The notes under the pieces were generated by a model. The model was not told the DNA's origin and searched no databases. It was given only the letters and a program-made list of their open reading frames with translations. A DNA stretch of 45,567 nucleotides from Campylobacterota bacterium (GTDB lineage: Bacteria > Campylobacterota > Campylobacteria > Campylobacterales > JAJVLF01), in the NCBI GenBank assembly GCA_029255845.1, contig JAJVLF010000015.1, forward strand, positions 1-45,567, written 5' to 3'. The position numbers and the translations under genes are program-made. Positions 19,462 to 29,224 of this stretch are shown in pieces. How positions within the stretch are numbered: the first letter of the stretch is position 1; each line of letters opens with the position of its first letter.

Positions 19462-19532
19462 ATTGGCATTAAGCTTTGGCTTAATGACGATTACAGAGAA
19501 CGGATTACGGAGTACGGAGTAAAGCATTTAAG
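19462..19532 (+). repeat. Dispersed repeat copy 2: hairpin + heptamer repeats downstream of the tRNA
   Basis: CATTAAGC-TTTG-GCTTAATG, then GATTACAGA..ACGGATT-ACGGAGT-ACGGAGT; similar to the reverse complement of 13650-13720. Confidence 0.7.
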
Positions 19533-19578
19533 TTTATTTTTAATTTATATTTTTATTAAAAAAAACGATTGTAGTATT

Positions 19579-19926
19579 ATGGAATACAAAACAAAAATAG
19601 AACAATTATCAAACAAATTAGATATAAATCTTCAAAGTTTATTATATGAAAACTCTAACTACCTTCCTACTATAACATCAACCTTTAAATGCATAGAAAA
19701 TAGTTCTGAGCCTTTTAAGAGGCTATTAAGACATGATCTTGAGTTAGAGCATAATGTAAAATTAAAAATAGGCAAAGCATTACATTTTCATTATAATTTA
19801 GACAAATCTCTTAAGCCACCATATACGAAGTATTTTAACTATATATTAATATCTTTACTTGAAGAAAAATCTAATAATACTTTTGAAGAATTAGAAGAAA
19901 AGAGTCCTTACATCAATCACCATTAA
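19579..19926 (+). CDS. Hypothetical protein (115 aa)
   Basis: ORF downstream of the tRNA; no clear RBS or motif. Confidence 0.5.
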   Translation: MEYKTKIEQLSNKLDINLQSLLYENSNYLPTITSTFKCIENSSEPFKRLLRHDLELEHNVKLKIGKALHFHYNLDKSLKPPYTKYFNYILISLLEEKSNNTFEELEEKSPYINHH

Positions 19927-19947
19927 AACTATTAATAGTTAGTATTA

Positions 19948-20679
19948 TTAGAGATTTTCTTGGGCTTTTAGCTCTTCATTTTTTACATCTTCAACTTGCT
20001 GTAAATAAAAATCAAAATTATCTGGTGCATTAGAATTGACTTTATCTATTAAAGTTGCGAAATTATTTCCACTTAGGACTATATATCTCGTATCATTAAG
20101 CTCAAATACTATTAATTTTGTTTTTAAGTCAATTTGTCGGACAAATATTAATTTATAACCTTTTAAGTTATTTAGCTTTAGTGATTCATTTGTTTTTCTT
20201 TTTATCATGAAATAAAATATTAATAGTATAGATATAATTGAGAGCATTAAAATATAAGAGCCTATACCGATAGTTGGTGCTGGATTGCTCCTTAAAGGCT
20301 CACTACTAGCAAATAAAGAACCTGCTATATTTTTTCTAATAGATATTTTTATATTTTTACCATCAAAGCTTTTTTCTACTTCTATTAAAAAATTTTTTGC
20401 TTTTAATATTTTTATTTGTGAGTGATTTTTATAATATGCAAATTCTATAGCAGGGATTATACTATTTTGGATATTTATTATTTTATCTTTTATGGATAAT
20501 TTATCATCAATTCTAATAATGATGTCTTCATTAATTGCACTTTTAGAGATATTTCCATCAAAGGATTTATTTAAATATAATGATAAGGTTATCTTATTAA
20601 GATTTTTTATTAACTTATAAGAAGTAATTTGAGAATATAAAGAAGAAGCTAAAATAAAAATAAAAAATAAAAATTTCAT
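19948..20679 (-). CDS. fliO: Flagellar biogenesis protein FliO-like (Campylobacterota type with periplasmic domain)
   Basis: Signal peptide, periplasmic domain, one TM helix, cytoplasmic RQIDLKTKLIVFE...YIVL; directly after fliN. Confidence 0.7.
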   Translation of the reverse strand: MKFLFFIFILASSLYSQITSYKLIKNLNKITLSLYLNKSFDGNISKSAINEDIIIRIDDKLSIKDKIINIQNSIIPAIEFAYYKNHSQIKILKAKNFLIEVEKSFDGKNIKISIRKNIAGSLFASSEPLRSNPAPTIGIGSYILMLSIISILLIFYFMIKRKTNESLKLNNLKGYKLIFVRQIDLKTKLIVFELNDTRYIVLSGNNFATLIDKVNSNAPDNFDFYLQQVEDVKNEELKAQENL

Positions 20680-21009
20680 TTAATCATAATTACTAACAAC
20701 ATTTTTAGAATCTAAGATTTCATTAACCCTTATCGCTAGATTTTTTTCATAAACCATAACATCACCTTTGCCAAACATTTTATTATTTATATATAAAGCT
20801 ACACTTTCTCCTGCGGCTTTATTTAAATCAATAACATATTCTTTTTTCATTTTAATAAATTCAAGCAATGGTAAAACGGTTTGCCCTAAATCAGCATGAA
20901 TACTGATTTCCATATCAAGCATACTTCCATAATCTACTTTTGTCGATGATATGGTTGATTCTAGCTCACCTATAATTTTTTTTAAATTTTCAATATTAAC
21001 ATCATCCAT
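20680..21009 (-). CDS. fliN: Flagellar motor switch protein FliN
   Basis: SpoA domain: ADLG.T, IDLNKAAGESV, GKGDVMVYEKNLAIRVNEI. Confidence 0.93.
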   Translation of the reverse strand: MDDVNIENLKKIIGELESTISSTKVDYGSMLDMEISIHADLGQTVLPLLEFIKMKKEYVIDLNKAAGESVALYINNKMFGKGDVMVYEKNLAIRVNEILDSKNVVSNYD

Positions 21010-21022
21010 CTCAATCCTTTAA

Positions 21023-21433
21023 TTAATATGCGAGCAAAATATAAGTTTCTTCAACTTTAAAGTATTTTTTTATGTAATTATCCATATTTTTGGGTTGTAT
21101 TATCTCTGGCACCTTCAATTTGGCATCTTTATTTGAATCTGATAAAGCCCATTTTAATTTCCCTACAATTAAATTTGATAATTCTTTGATAAAATCCTCT
21201 AGTTCTTCATCTTCTAAGTCTTCTTTAAGCCCAGAATATATGCCACTAAGAAAAACTAATCCTTCTTTTGACATTCCTATAATTATTTCTTTATTTTTAT
21301 TATTATCTATAATATTTATTTTAGCATAAAGCAATGAGCTTTTATTTTCTGGCGGTTTAGCTATGGCTTGAATGGTGATATCAAAAGCTTCTTGAAAAAC
21401 TTTATATATGGATTGCAATAAATAATGTGTCAT
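21023..21433 (-). CDS. cheX: CheX-like chemotaxis phosphatase
   Basis: DFIKELSNLIVG (ExxN motif), L.VPEI; upstream of fliN. Confidence 0.78.
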   Translation of the reverse strand: MTHYLLQSIYKVFQEAFDITIQAIAKPPENKSSLLYAKINIIDNNKNKEIIIGMSKEGLVFLSGIYSGLKEDLEDEELEDFIKELSNLIVGKLKWALSDSNKDAKLKVPEIIQPKNMDNYIKKYFKVEETYILLAY

Positions 21434-21446
21434 AATTACCTTGTTT

Positions 21447-22466
21447 TTAAAATTCTTCGCTCATATCAAGACCACCTTTTTTATAATTAGTGACATTTCC
21501 TTCAAAAAAATTAACCTTTTGTGCATTAAAATCATTATAGGTATCAATCCAAGTAATAGGGTTCTTTGAGTTATAAATCGGTTTTAATCCACAAGTTCTC
21601 AATCTTTTATCGCATAAATACTGGATATATTCTTTTATTATATTATTGGTTAGCCCTAATATCTGACCACTAGTAATATATTGACCCCAAGATACTTCAA
21701 GCTCACATGCTTTTTTAAACATCCCATATACTTTTTCATCTAATTCTTTAGTGAAAAGCTCAGGTCTTTCAACTCTCATAGTTTTAATCATATGCTGATA
21801 TAAGCTTAGATGAGTATTTTCATCTCTTTGTATAAATTTAATCATCTGTGTGGTGCCTCGCATTTTTCCAGATCTACTAAGAGCATAAAAATAAGTAAAA
21901 CCACTATAAAAATATATCCCCTCAAGCATTACATTTGCAAACATAGATAATAATATATTCTCATCTGTAGGATTATCTGCAAGTTCTGTATATACTTGAG
22001 CTATTTCATCATTTTTTGCTTTTAGTTTATCATCTTTTCTCCATAATTCATATATATCATCTGAATTATCAGCAATACCATCCACTAAAACAGCATAACT
22101 TTGTGAATGCAAGGCCTCTTCAAAAGCTTGTCTTGCTAAAAGAATATTAACTTCAGGGGCTGTAATATATGGATTTAGATTATCCATAATTTGATTTGTT
22201 TGCACTGAATCCATAAAAATTAATTGACTAAGAGCCTTATCATAAGCATATCTTTCATTATAGCTAAGAGTTTTATATTCTTTAATATCATCATTTAATG
22301 TAACTTCACTAACCATCCAAGTATTAGCAAGCATTACATCCCAAAGCTTATATGCCCATTCATATTTGATATTATTCATATTAATAATACCTGATGGTTT
22401 TCCTCCAATTAGCTTAGTGCTATTTCCATCCGAGCCTTCTGGGTCATATATTTTTTTCCTACTCAT
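21447..22466 (-). CDS. nrdB: Ribonucleoside-diphosphate reductase beta subunit (class Ia)
   Basis: FMDSVQ, EEALHSQSY (radical Tyr), LEGIYFYSGF, RDENTH, NFFEGNVTNY. Confidence 0.97.
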   Translation of the reverse strand: MSRKKIYDPEGSDGNSTKLIGGKPSGIINMNNIKYEWAYKLWDVMLANTWMVSEVTLNDDIKEYKTLSYNERYAYDKALSQLIFMDSVQTNQIMDNLNPYITAPEVNILLARQAFEEALHSQSYAVLVDGIADNSDDIYELWRKDDKLKAKNDEIAQVYTELADNPTDENILLSMFANVMLEGIYFYSGFTYFYALSRSGKMRGTTQMIKFIQRDENTHLSLYQHMIKTMRVERPELFTKELDEKVYGMFKKACELEVSWGQYITSGQILGLTNNIIKEYIQYLCDKRLRTCGLKPIYNSKNPITWIDTYNDFNAQKVNFFEGNVTNYKKGGLDMSEEF

Positions 22467-22502
22467 TTCTTTCCTTGCTTTTATCTTTTCGATATTCTAG
22501 CA

Positions 22503-24200
22503 TTACTTTCTTTCATTTACAATTTCACCATTTTCTAATTTATATATTGTCTCACATCTATCAAGTGTGCTAAGTCTATGGGCAATCATAATTAAAGTTT
22601 TATCATTGCTTAAATCATATATTTCATTCATAATTTGCTTTTCTGTTTCATCATCTAAAGCTGATGTGGCTTCATCTAAAACTAGTATTTCAGGGTCTAT
22701 ATATAATGCTCTTGCAATAGCTATTCTTTGTTTTTGTCCACCACTAAGCATGACTCCACCTTCTCCTACTTTTGTCTTTTGACCTTGCTTGGTTGATAAG
22801 AAGTCGTATATCTTAGCTTTTTTTAGCACATCATCAATTTTTTCCTCATCATAAGGAGAGCTAAATGCTACATTTTCTCCCACAGTTCCATCGAAAAGAT
22901 ATACATCTTGAGGTATGTATCCTACTTTTGACCTCCATGATTTTATATTTGAATCACTTATTTCTTTTTCATCTGAATGTATAGTGCCTTCTTTTGGCTT
23001 ATAAAGACCTATAATAATATCTACGATGGTAGATTTACCGCTACCACTTTCTCCTATAAATGCTATGCTTGAGCCTTTTTTTATAGTTAGATTTATATTT
23101 TTTAGGACTTTGTCTCCCTCATTATATTCAAAATCTAAGTTTTTTATATAAATATTATTTTTAAACTCTATTGGCTCATTGCCTAAATCTTCATTATCAT
23201 ACATCAAATCATTATGCACTATATTTAATGATGCATAATTAAACATTATTGTATTATATCCACTCATAACTCTATTAGCTGATGGCATTAAACGATAAAG
23301 AGCAAGAACAAACATAGTTATAGTAGGTAAAAAACTAGATACATCTCCATTGTATTTCCATATCAAATATGTAATCAAAGAAACAATAACACTAAATCCA
23401 ACTGCTTCTAAGAATAATCTTGGAATGCTATTTAAAGTTGCATTAGTGGTACTTGCTTGTGCAAGAGCTTGGCTGGATTCTCCAAATGTAGTTAATATGT
23501 CTTTATCATTTGATTGCAATTTTATAAGCTTGAAATTCCCAAAACTTTTATTGATAATTTCATAAAATTTTTCTTGCACTTTAGCTCTTATTGCACCTAC
23601 TTTTTTGATTTTAGCAGATATAGTTTTTATCATTAAAATGGCATTTATCACTAAAAAACAAGTTAAGGCAATCGTAATTTTCCAATTTACAAGTATCATC
23701 ATAATATATATAAATATAATTATAAAAACTTCACTCATCATAAACAAAGTAGCAGACATTAATAATGTCATATTTGATGCCTCAGTAATGATAGACTTTG
23801 TCATATTCGATGAATTTCGATTAATAAATTCTTTATAAGGCAAACCCATATAATTCTCAAAAAGCCTATAAGCAAGTAAATGATACCTACTATTAGAAAA
23901 TCTATTTAGCATATAAGTATAAAATAAATTTATAGCACTTCTAAATATATAAAAAAACACCAGCAATACACCAAATGCAACAATAAAAGAAACTTCATCT
24001 TTAAAACCAAATAAATTAAATACTTTACTATAATATTCATTTGAATGTATCACAGTAAAATCCGTAGATACAGCGATAAAAGGCATAATTGCCGAAATAC
24101 CAACAACCTCTATGATGGATATAATTATGGAAAAAAAGAATAATCCTAAAAGAAATTGCCTATCTCTTCTTGTAAGAATTGAGTTAAGTTTTTGTATCAA
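22503..24200 (-). CDS. ABC transporter ATP-binding/permease, PglK/WlaB-like lipid-linked glycan flippase
   Basis: TM domain with PRLFLEAVGF and LYRLMPSANR, GESGSGKST, LSGGQKQR, LVLDEATSALD; TTG start. Confidence 0.85.
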   Translation of the reverse strand: MIQKLNSILTRRDRQFLLGLFFFSIIISIIEVVGISAIMPFIAVSTDFTVIHSNEYYSKVFNLFGFKDEVSFIVAFGVLLVFFYIFRSAINLFYTYMLNRFSNSRYHLLAYRLFENYMGLPYKEFINRNSSNMTKSIITEASNMTLLMSATLFMMSEVFIIIFIYIMMILVNWKITIALTCFLVINAILMIKTISAKIKKVGAIRAKVQEKFYEIINKSFGNFKLIKLQSNDKDILTTFGESSQALAQASTTNATLNSIPRLFLEAVGFSVIVSLITYLIWKYNGDVSSFLPTITMFVLALYRLMPSANRVMSGYNTIMFNYASLNIVHNDLMYDNEDLGNEPIEFKNNIYIKNLDFEYNEGDKVLKNINLTIKKGSSIAFIGESGSGKSTIVDIIIGLYKPKEGTIHSDEKEISDSNIKSWRSKVGYIPQDVYLFDGTVGENVAFSSPYDEEKIDDVLKKAKIYDFLSTKQGQKTKVGEGGVMLSGGQKQRIAIARALYIDPEILVLDEATSALDDETEKQIMNEIYDLSNDKTLIMIAHRLSTLDRCETIYKLENGEIVNERK

Positions 24201-24293
24201 TGCAGTTTCCTAATGACGAATTGAAAGTATTTTATTGTTTTTTTGATTAAAGTTTGATTATTCTAATAATATATTAATATAATAATGGCTTAT

Positions 24294-24355
24294 GGGAACT
24301 TCTATTAATACAAAATAAATAGCTAATATTATATTTTGTATTAATAGAGGTTCCC
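24294..24355. mobile_element. 62-bp inverted-repeat element (mini-MITE / IS-end scar)
   Basis: 24-bp arms GGGAAC(T/C)TCTATTAATACAAAATA, one mismatch, 14-bp spacer, flanked by direct TTAT. Confidence 0.7.
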
Positions 24356-24379
24356 TTATCTAAATTTAAGGACAAATTA

Positions 24380-24514
24380 GTGAAACGAACTTATCAACCA
24401 CATAATACACCAAGAAAAAGAACTCATGGTTTTAGACTTAGAATGAAGACTAAAAATGGTAGAAGATTAATTAATAGAAGAAGAGCTAAGGGCAGAGCAA
24501 GATTGGCAGTTTAA
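24380..24514 (+). CDS. rpmH: 50S ribosomal protein L34 (not in the ORF track)
   Basis: GTG start, AAGGA RBS; [44 protein letters not shown]. Confidence 0.98.
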   Translation: MKRTYQPHNTPRKRTHGFRLRMKTKNGRRLINRRRAKGRARLAV

Positions 24515-24855
24515 AGGACTTTGATAGCATTAAAACTCATAATGAGTTTGGTGTTGTTTATAAAAAAGGTGTTAAGCTAAATACGAAAACAGTTATTGTG
24601 TATTATCTAAATGGAAATATCAAAAATGTTGGCTTTACTGCTAGTAAAAAAATAGGCATAGCAGTTGTAAGAAACAGGGCTAAAAGACTTTTAAGAGCTG
24701 TATTTTTACAAAATATAGATAGGCTTCAAATTGGCAGTTTTGTTTTTGTGGCTAAACATAATCTTGTAGAATGTGGATTTCATCAAGTGAATAAAGATAT
24801 ATATTGGGCATTAAATAAATTAAATGTTATCAAAAAAAAGCCCAATAAAATATAA
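24511..24855 (+). CDS. rnpA: Ribonuclease P protein component (start uncertain, non-canonical)
   Basis: [22 protein letters not shown]. The frame is open upstream of GTG 24598 and encodes the RnpA-like [19 protein letters not shown]; only TTA/ATT codons are available as starts. Confidence 0.93.
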   Translation, partial: LKDFDSIKTHNEFGVVYKKGVKLNTKTVIVYYLNGNIKNVGFTASKKIGIAVVRNRAKRLLRAVFLQNIDRLQIGSFVFVAKHNLVECGFHQVNKDIYWALNKLNVIKKKPNKI

Positions 24856-25189
24856 TATTTTTATTTTTTTAATAAAATTTTATCAAAAATATCTATCTAT
24901 ACTATTTGGCTATGGGTGCTGTAGGTATTATCCTACTTGCTCTGAATATGCCTTGATGAATTTTAAGCATAATAATATATTTGTAGCTAGTTTTAAAACT
25001 ATTATTAGGATATTAAAATGCAATCCCATTTTTGATAGTGGGTTTGATTATCCCATAGTGAATCATAAACAAAAAAGTATTTTAAATACATATAAAAGAA
25101 ATAAAAAAATTATTTTTTTTCTAGTCCCTATAAATGACAATATAAGTGGCAATAAAAGAAATAAATTTTACATAATAAAGGGAATATAA
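24824..25189 (+). CDS. yidD: Membrane protein insertion efficiency factor
   Basis: FYQKYLS, CRYYPTCSEYA, RILKCNP..GFDYP. Confidence 0.95.
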   Translation: MLSKKSPIKYNIFIFLIKFYQKYLSILFGYGCCRYYPTCSEYALMNFKHNNIFVASFKTIIRILKCNPIFDSGFDYPIVNHKQKSILNTYKRNKKIIFFLVPINDNISGNKRNKFYIIKGI

Positions 25190-26769
25190 TGGATAATCTA
25201 TCAATGCAAACGAGAGTTATGATAGCTGCTATTTTATCATTTGGATTTTTTATTTTGTTTGATACATATTATGTCCAAGACATAAGAAAACAACAAAAAA
25301 AAGAGCAAATAGAGAAAAAAATAAACACAGAAAACCAAGCACCCTCTATGGCAGAAAGCTCTCTAGTTGCCCCAGAAGATGATGAAAGCATTGATTTATC
25401 TGTAAGTATTGAAAATGATAAAAACATCATTAGCACTATTTATTCAAAAGATTTTAATGTTTATATAGATGACAAAGGAAGAATAGGAAATGTTAAGCTA
25501 AAAGGCGATAAATTTGGTCAAGATGGTTTAAATATGTTTTCTGATGATGTAGTAAAACCTTTAGAGATTAGATTTTCTGATAAAGCTATCAATCAAGAAG
25601 CATTTAATACGAAATATACTAGCAAAAAAAAGACTCATAATTTAGACAATAAAACAATAATTACTCTAACTCAAAAACTTAAAGATTTAACAATCACAAA
25701 ATACATCACATTTTTCCCAAATGGCTCTTATCTTTTTAAAGTAGTTACTAGTAAAGATGTTAAAATGTTTGTTACTTTAGGATATAGACCTAGCGGGGAA
25801 GTTGATGGATTTGTATTTAATGGTGCTATTGTTAAAGAATTTGATAATACATTAAGCCTATATGAGGATGGTGATGTAGTTAGTAATACTAATTTTTCTA
25901 AAGCAAGCATAGTATCATCTTCTGATAAATACTATGTCCATTTATTGTATGATATGGATAATAATTTAAAAGGAGTTGTATCAAAATATAAAGATGATGA
26001 CCCTTTGCTTTTTGTGAATATATTAAATAAGCAAACTCTTAATGGATATGTAGGCGAGAAAAATTTCAAAAAACTACAAGACATAGATCCTGCATTAACA
26101 GACATAGTAGAGTATGGATTTATTACATTTTTCGCAAAACCTCTTTTTGCTTTTTTAATTTATATTAATTCTTATTTTGATAATTGGGGATGGTCTATTA
26201 TAATTTTAACTATTATAATTAAAATTCTTGTGTTTCCTTTGACTTACAAAGGAATGATGTCTATGGGAAGATTAAAAGAATTAACCCCTCAAGTAAAAGA
26301 GCTACAAGCCAAACACAAAGGTGATCCTGCCAAATCAGGAGCTGCGATGATGGCTCTATATAAAAAACACAACGCCTCTCCTATGGGTGGGTGCTTGCCT
26401 ATATTGCTTCAAATACCTGTATTTTTTGCAATATATAGAGTTTTACTAAATGCTGTCGAGCTTAAAGGAGCTGAATGGACTTTATGGATAAATGATTTAT
26501 CATTGCATGACCCTTATTTTGTCTTACCAATCTTAATGGGTGGAAGTATGTTTGTGCAACAATTAATAACTCCTACTACTGTAACAGACCCAACTCAGCA
26601 AAAGATATTTAAGTTTTTGCCTGTTGTATTTACTATATTTTTCTTGACATTTCCTGCTGGATTAGTTCTTTATTGGATTGTTAATAATGTCCTTTCTATT
26701 GTGCAACAATACTATATAAATAAAAAACTAGAATGGAAAAGAATGGAAAAAGAAAGTCATCAAAAATGA
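25189..26769 (+). CDS. yidC: Membrane protein insertase
   Basis: EYGFITF, NWGWSII, GGCLPILLQIPVFFA, DPYFVLP, FPAGLVLYW. Confidence 0.98.
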   Translation: MDNLSMQTRVMIAAILSFGFFILFDTYYVQDIRKQQKKEQIEKKINTENQAPSMAESSLVAPEDDESIDLSVSIENDKNIISTIYSKDFNVYIDDKGRIGNVKLKGDKFGQDGLNMFSDDVVKPLEIRFSDKAINQEAFNTKYTSKKKTHNLDNKTIITLTQKLKDLTITKYITFFPNGSYLFKVVTSKDVKMFVTLGYRPSGEVDGFVFNGAIVKEFDNTLSLYEDGDVVSNTNFSKASIVSSSDKYYVHLLYDMDNNLKGVVSKYKDDDPLLFVNILNKQTLNGYVGEKNFKKLQDIDPALTDIVEYGFITFFAKPLFAFLIYINSYFDNWGWSIIILTIIIKILVFPLTYKGMMSMGRLKELTPQVKELQAKHKGDPAKSGAAMMALYKKHNASPMGGCLPILLQIPVFFAIYRVLLNAVELKGAEWTLWINDLSLHDPYFVLPILMGGSMFVQQLITPTTVTDPTQQKIFKFLPVVFTIFFLTFPAGLVLYWIVNNVLSIVQQYYINKKLEWKRMEKESHQK

Positions 26770-27566
26770 TTAAAATAGAAGCAGATACTTTAGAAGAATT
26801 ATATGAAAAATCATCCAAAGAACTTGCTTGTTCTGTTGTTGATTTAGATATTGACATTATACAACAACCATCTAGCTTTATAGGTCTTTTTAAGAAAAAA
26901 GCAATAGCTATTGTGGGCATTAAAGAAGGTGCTACGATTGATAAAAGATATATAGAAGAGGATGTCAAGGAAACGGTAGAAAAAAAAGAAATCATAAAAC
27001 CAATAAAGAAAAACAAAGCCCCTAAGATAAATAAGAAAGATAGCAATTCTCCAGAAGCAAAAACTGAAAAATATGCTTTAAAAAATGGAGTAAAAAAGAA
27101 TGAAGATGATACTAATGACACAATAGAAGAAATTTATTATTCTATAAAAAAGCTCATCGATGAAACACCTTTTGATATTGATATAATAGAAATTAAAATG
27201 GTCGAGAAAAAAGTAATTTACATCAAGCTAGATGGAGATGACTCATCTTTACTTATAGGCAAGGACGCTTACAGATATAAAGCATTCTCTTATATGCTTT
27301 ATACTTGGATTCATACTAGATATGATTTTCTTATCAAGCTTGAGATTTCTAATTTCCTAGCAAATCAAGAAAAAAATATTACAACTTATTTAGATGGCAT
27401 AGCAGAAAAAATAAATGAAGATGGAGCAGGCACTACAAAGCCTTTTGATGGTGTGTTTATGCATATAGCAGTATCTTATTTAAGAGATTTATTTCCAAAT
27501 AAAAATGTAGCAATCCTCTCTAATAAAAACGGAGATAAATACATAAAAGTTCATCGCGATAGATAG
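26766..27566 (+). CDS. jag: Jag/EloR (KhpB) RNA-binding protein
   Basis: Jag_N (IEADTLEE..IIQQPS.FIGLFKKKA), KH (LLIGKDAYRYKA), R3H-like end; ATG 26766 overlaps the yidC stop. Confidence 0.88.
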   Translation: MIKIEADTLEELYEKSSKELACSVVDLDIDIIQQPSSFIGLFKKKAIAIVGIKEGATIDKRYIEEDVKETVEKKEIIKPIKKNKAPKINKKDSNSPEAKTEKYALKNGVKKNEDDTNDTIEEIYYSIKKLIDETPFDIDIIEIKMVEKKVIYIKLDGDDSSLLIGKDAYRYKAFSYMLYTWIHTRYDFLIKLEISNFLANQEKNITTYLDGIAEKINEDGAGTTKPFDGVFMHIAVSYLRDLFPNKNVAILSNKNGDKYIKVHRDR

Positions 27567-28899
27567 CATAGTAGCCATAAGCACCGCTTATGGAATAGGA
27601 GCCATAAGCATAGTGCGAGTAAGTGGCGATCTTGCTTTAAGCATAGCGAAAAAAATAACAAAACAAAACAACTTCACCCCAAGATATGCTAATCTACACA
27701 AGCTTTATTTTAAAGATGGGCAAATCATAGATGAAGCCATAGTGATATATTTCAAATCCCCAAAAAGCTTCACAGGAGAAGATATAGTAGAGTTCCAATC
27801 CCACGGTGGAATAGCCATAGCAAATATCATATTAGAAGAATGCATTAATAACGGAGCAAGAATAGCCAATGGCGGAGAATTTTCAAAAAGAGCTTTATTA
27901 AATAATAAAATGCCAATAGAGAAAATAGAAACCATAGCTAAAATGATAGAAAGTAAAAATAAAAAAAGCATTCAAATATTAACAAAAAACCTAAGTGGTC
28001 ATTTGCAAAATTTTTTAAATGAGATAAGACAATCACTAGTTTTATTATTAGCCCATAGTGAGGTCAGCATAGATTATGGCGAAGAAGATTTACCTAGCAA
28101 TTTAATAAGCGATATTTCAAATAAAATAGACGAAATAATACATAAATTCAATCAGGTATTAAAAAACACATCTTACTCAAAAAAAATAATAGAAGGAAAC
28201 TCCATAAGCATAATAGGCAAACCAAATGTAGGAAAAAGCTCCCTATTAAACACAATCCTAGGCACAAACAGAGCCATCATAAGCCCTACAGCAGGAACCA
28301 CAAGAGACACCATAGAAGAATTAATAGAAATAAAAAACCATTTAGTAAAAATAATAGACACCGCAGGAATAAGAGACACAAATAACGACATAGAATCCAT
28401 AGGCATAGAAAAAAGCCTAGAATCCATAAAAAAAGCAGACACAATCCTAGCCCTTTTTGACATATCCAAGCCATTAGATGAAGATGATTTCAAAGTTTTA
28501 AATGCAATAAAAGATAAAAATAAACAAAGCATTATTATATTAAACAAACAAGATTTAGGAAAAAACATAAACATAAAAGAATTTGAAAACTTCCCCCATC
28601 AAGTAACCATATCCGCTAAAAATAAAGAAATAGATAATTTAATAAACTCCTTAGTAAAAATACTCAATCAAAACACTTTAACAAATGATTTATCTTTAAG
28701 CTCGAAAAGGCAAGAGGATTTAATAGAGAAAACAAAAGAAAATCTTTTATTAGCAAAAGAAAATATAAAAAATGAGGATTTGGAAATATTTTCTTATAAC
28801 ATTACGGAGTCTTTGGAATTAATATCACAGGTAACTAGTAATTATGATTATAGTGAGCTTTTAGATACTATGTTTGAGGGGTTTTGTTTGGGCAAATGA
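27559..28899 (+). CDS. mnmE: tRNA modification GTPase MnmE (start uncertain, probably ATA)
   Basis: In-frame DSIVAISTAYGIGAISIVRVSG upstream of the track start; SFTGED, GKPNVGKSS, GTTRD, DTAG, NKQD, FCLGK. Confidence 0.97.
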   Translation: MDSIVAISTAYGIGAISIVRVSGDLALSIAKKITKQNNFTPRYANLHKLYFKDGQIIDEAIVIYFKSPKSFTGEDIVEFQSHGGIAIANIILEECINNGARIANGGEFSKRALLNNKMPIEKIETIAKMIESKNKKSIQILTKNLSGHLQNFLNEIRQSLVLLLAHSEVSIDYGEEDLPSNLISDISNKIDEIIHKFNQVLKNTSYSKKIIEGNSISIIGKPNVGKSSLLNTILGTNRAIISPTAGTTRDTIEELIEIKNHLVKIIDTAGIRDTNNDIESIGIEKSLESIKKADTILALFDISKPLDEDDFKVLNAIKDKNKQSIIILNKQDLGKNINIKEFENFPHQVTISAKNKEIDNLINSLVKILNQNTLTNDLSLSSKRQEDLIEKTKENLLLAKENIKNEDLEIFSYNITESLELISQVTSNYDYSELLDTMFEGFCLGK

Positions 28900-29224
28900 T
28901 ACTAACACCTACTTTGCAAGATTGTAAAATATCTGGTTTAGTGATTTGAATATTTATATTTTTAATAGTTTTATATTTTTTTTGCATTTTATTTTTAATG
29001 TCCATTAAGGCATCTTCGATTAAAAAGTATTTATTCTTTTTAATCATTTTTTTAATCTTTTTAGCTACATATCCATAATCAATAAACTCTATATTTTTAT
29101 CATAAGTAGATGAAAAATCCACAATGATTTTTTGTTTTTTAACTCGCTCAAAATCTAAAATGCCAATAATGGCTTTAAAAGATAAGCTATTTATATGTAT
29201 ATTATATAACTGCTTTTTCTTCAT
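28868..29224 (-). CDS. folB: Dihydroneopterin aldolase
   Basis: IIGILDFER..KQKI, FIDY, LIE, ITKPDIL; downstream of plsY. Confidence 0.88.
   Translation of the reverse strand: MKKKQLYNIHINSLSFKAIIGILDFERVKKQKIIVDFSSTYDKNIEFIDYGYVAKKIKKMIKKNKYFLIEDALMDIKNKMQKKYKTIKNINIQITKPDILQSCKVGVSIICPNKTPQT

Noticed and set aside
24201-24379. oriC upstream of rpmH
   Set aside because: No dnaA and no cluster of DnaA boxes is visible.
24521-24568. -1 frameshift (TTG 24521 ... A AAA AAG) as the route into rnpA
   Set aside because: The rnpA frame already encodes a family-like N-terminus upstream of the slippery site, so a non-canonical start is simpler.
28868-28899. Convergent mnmE/folB overlap as a regulatory system
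   Set aside because: Short 3' overlaps are common in compact AT-rich genomes.
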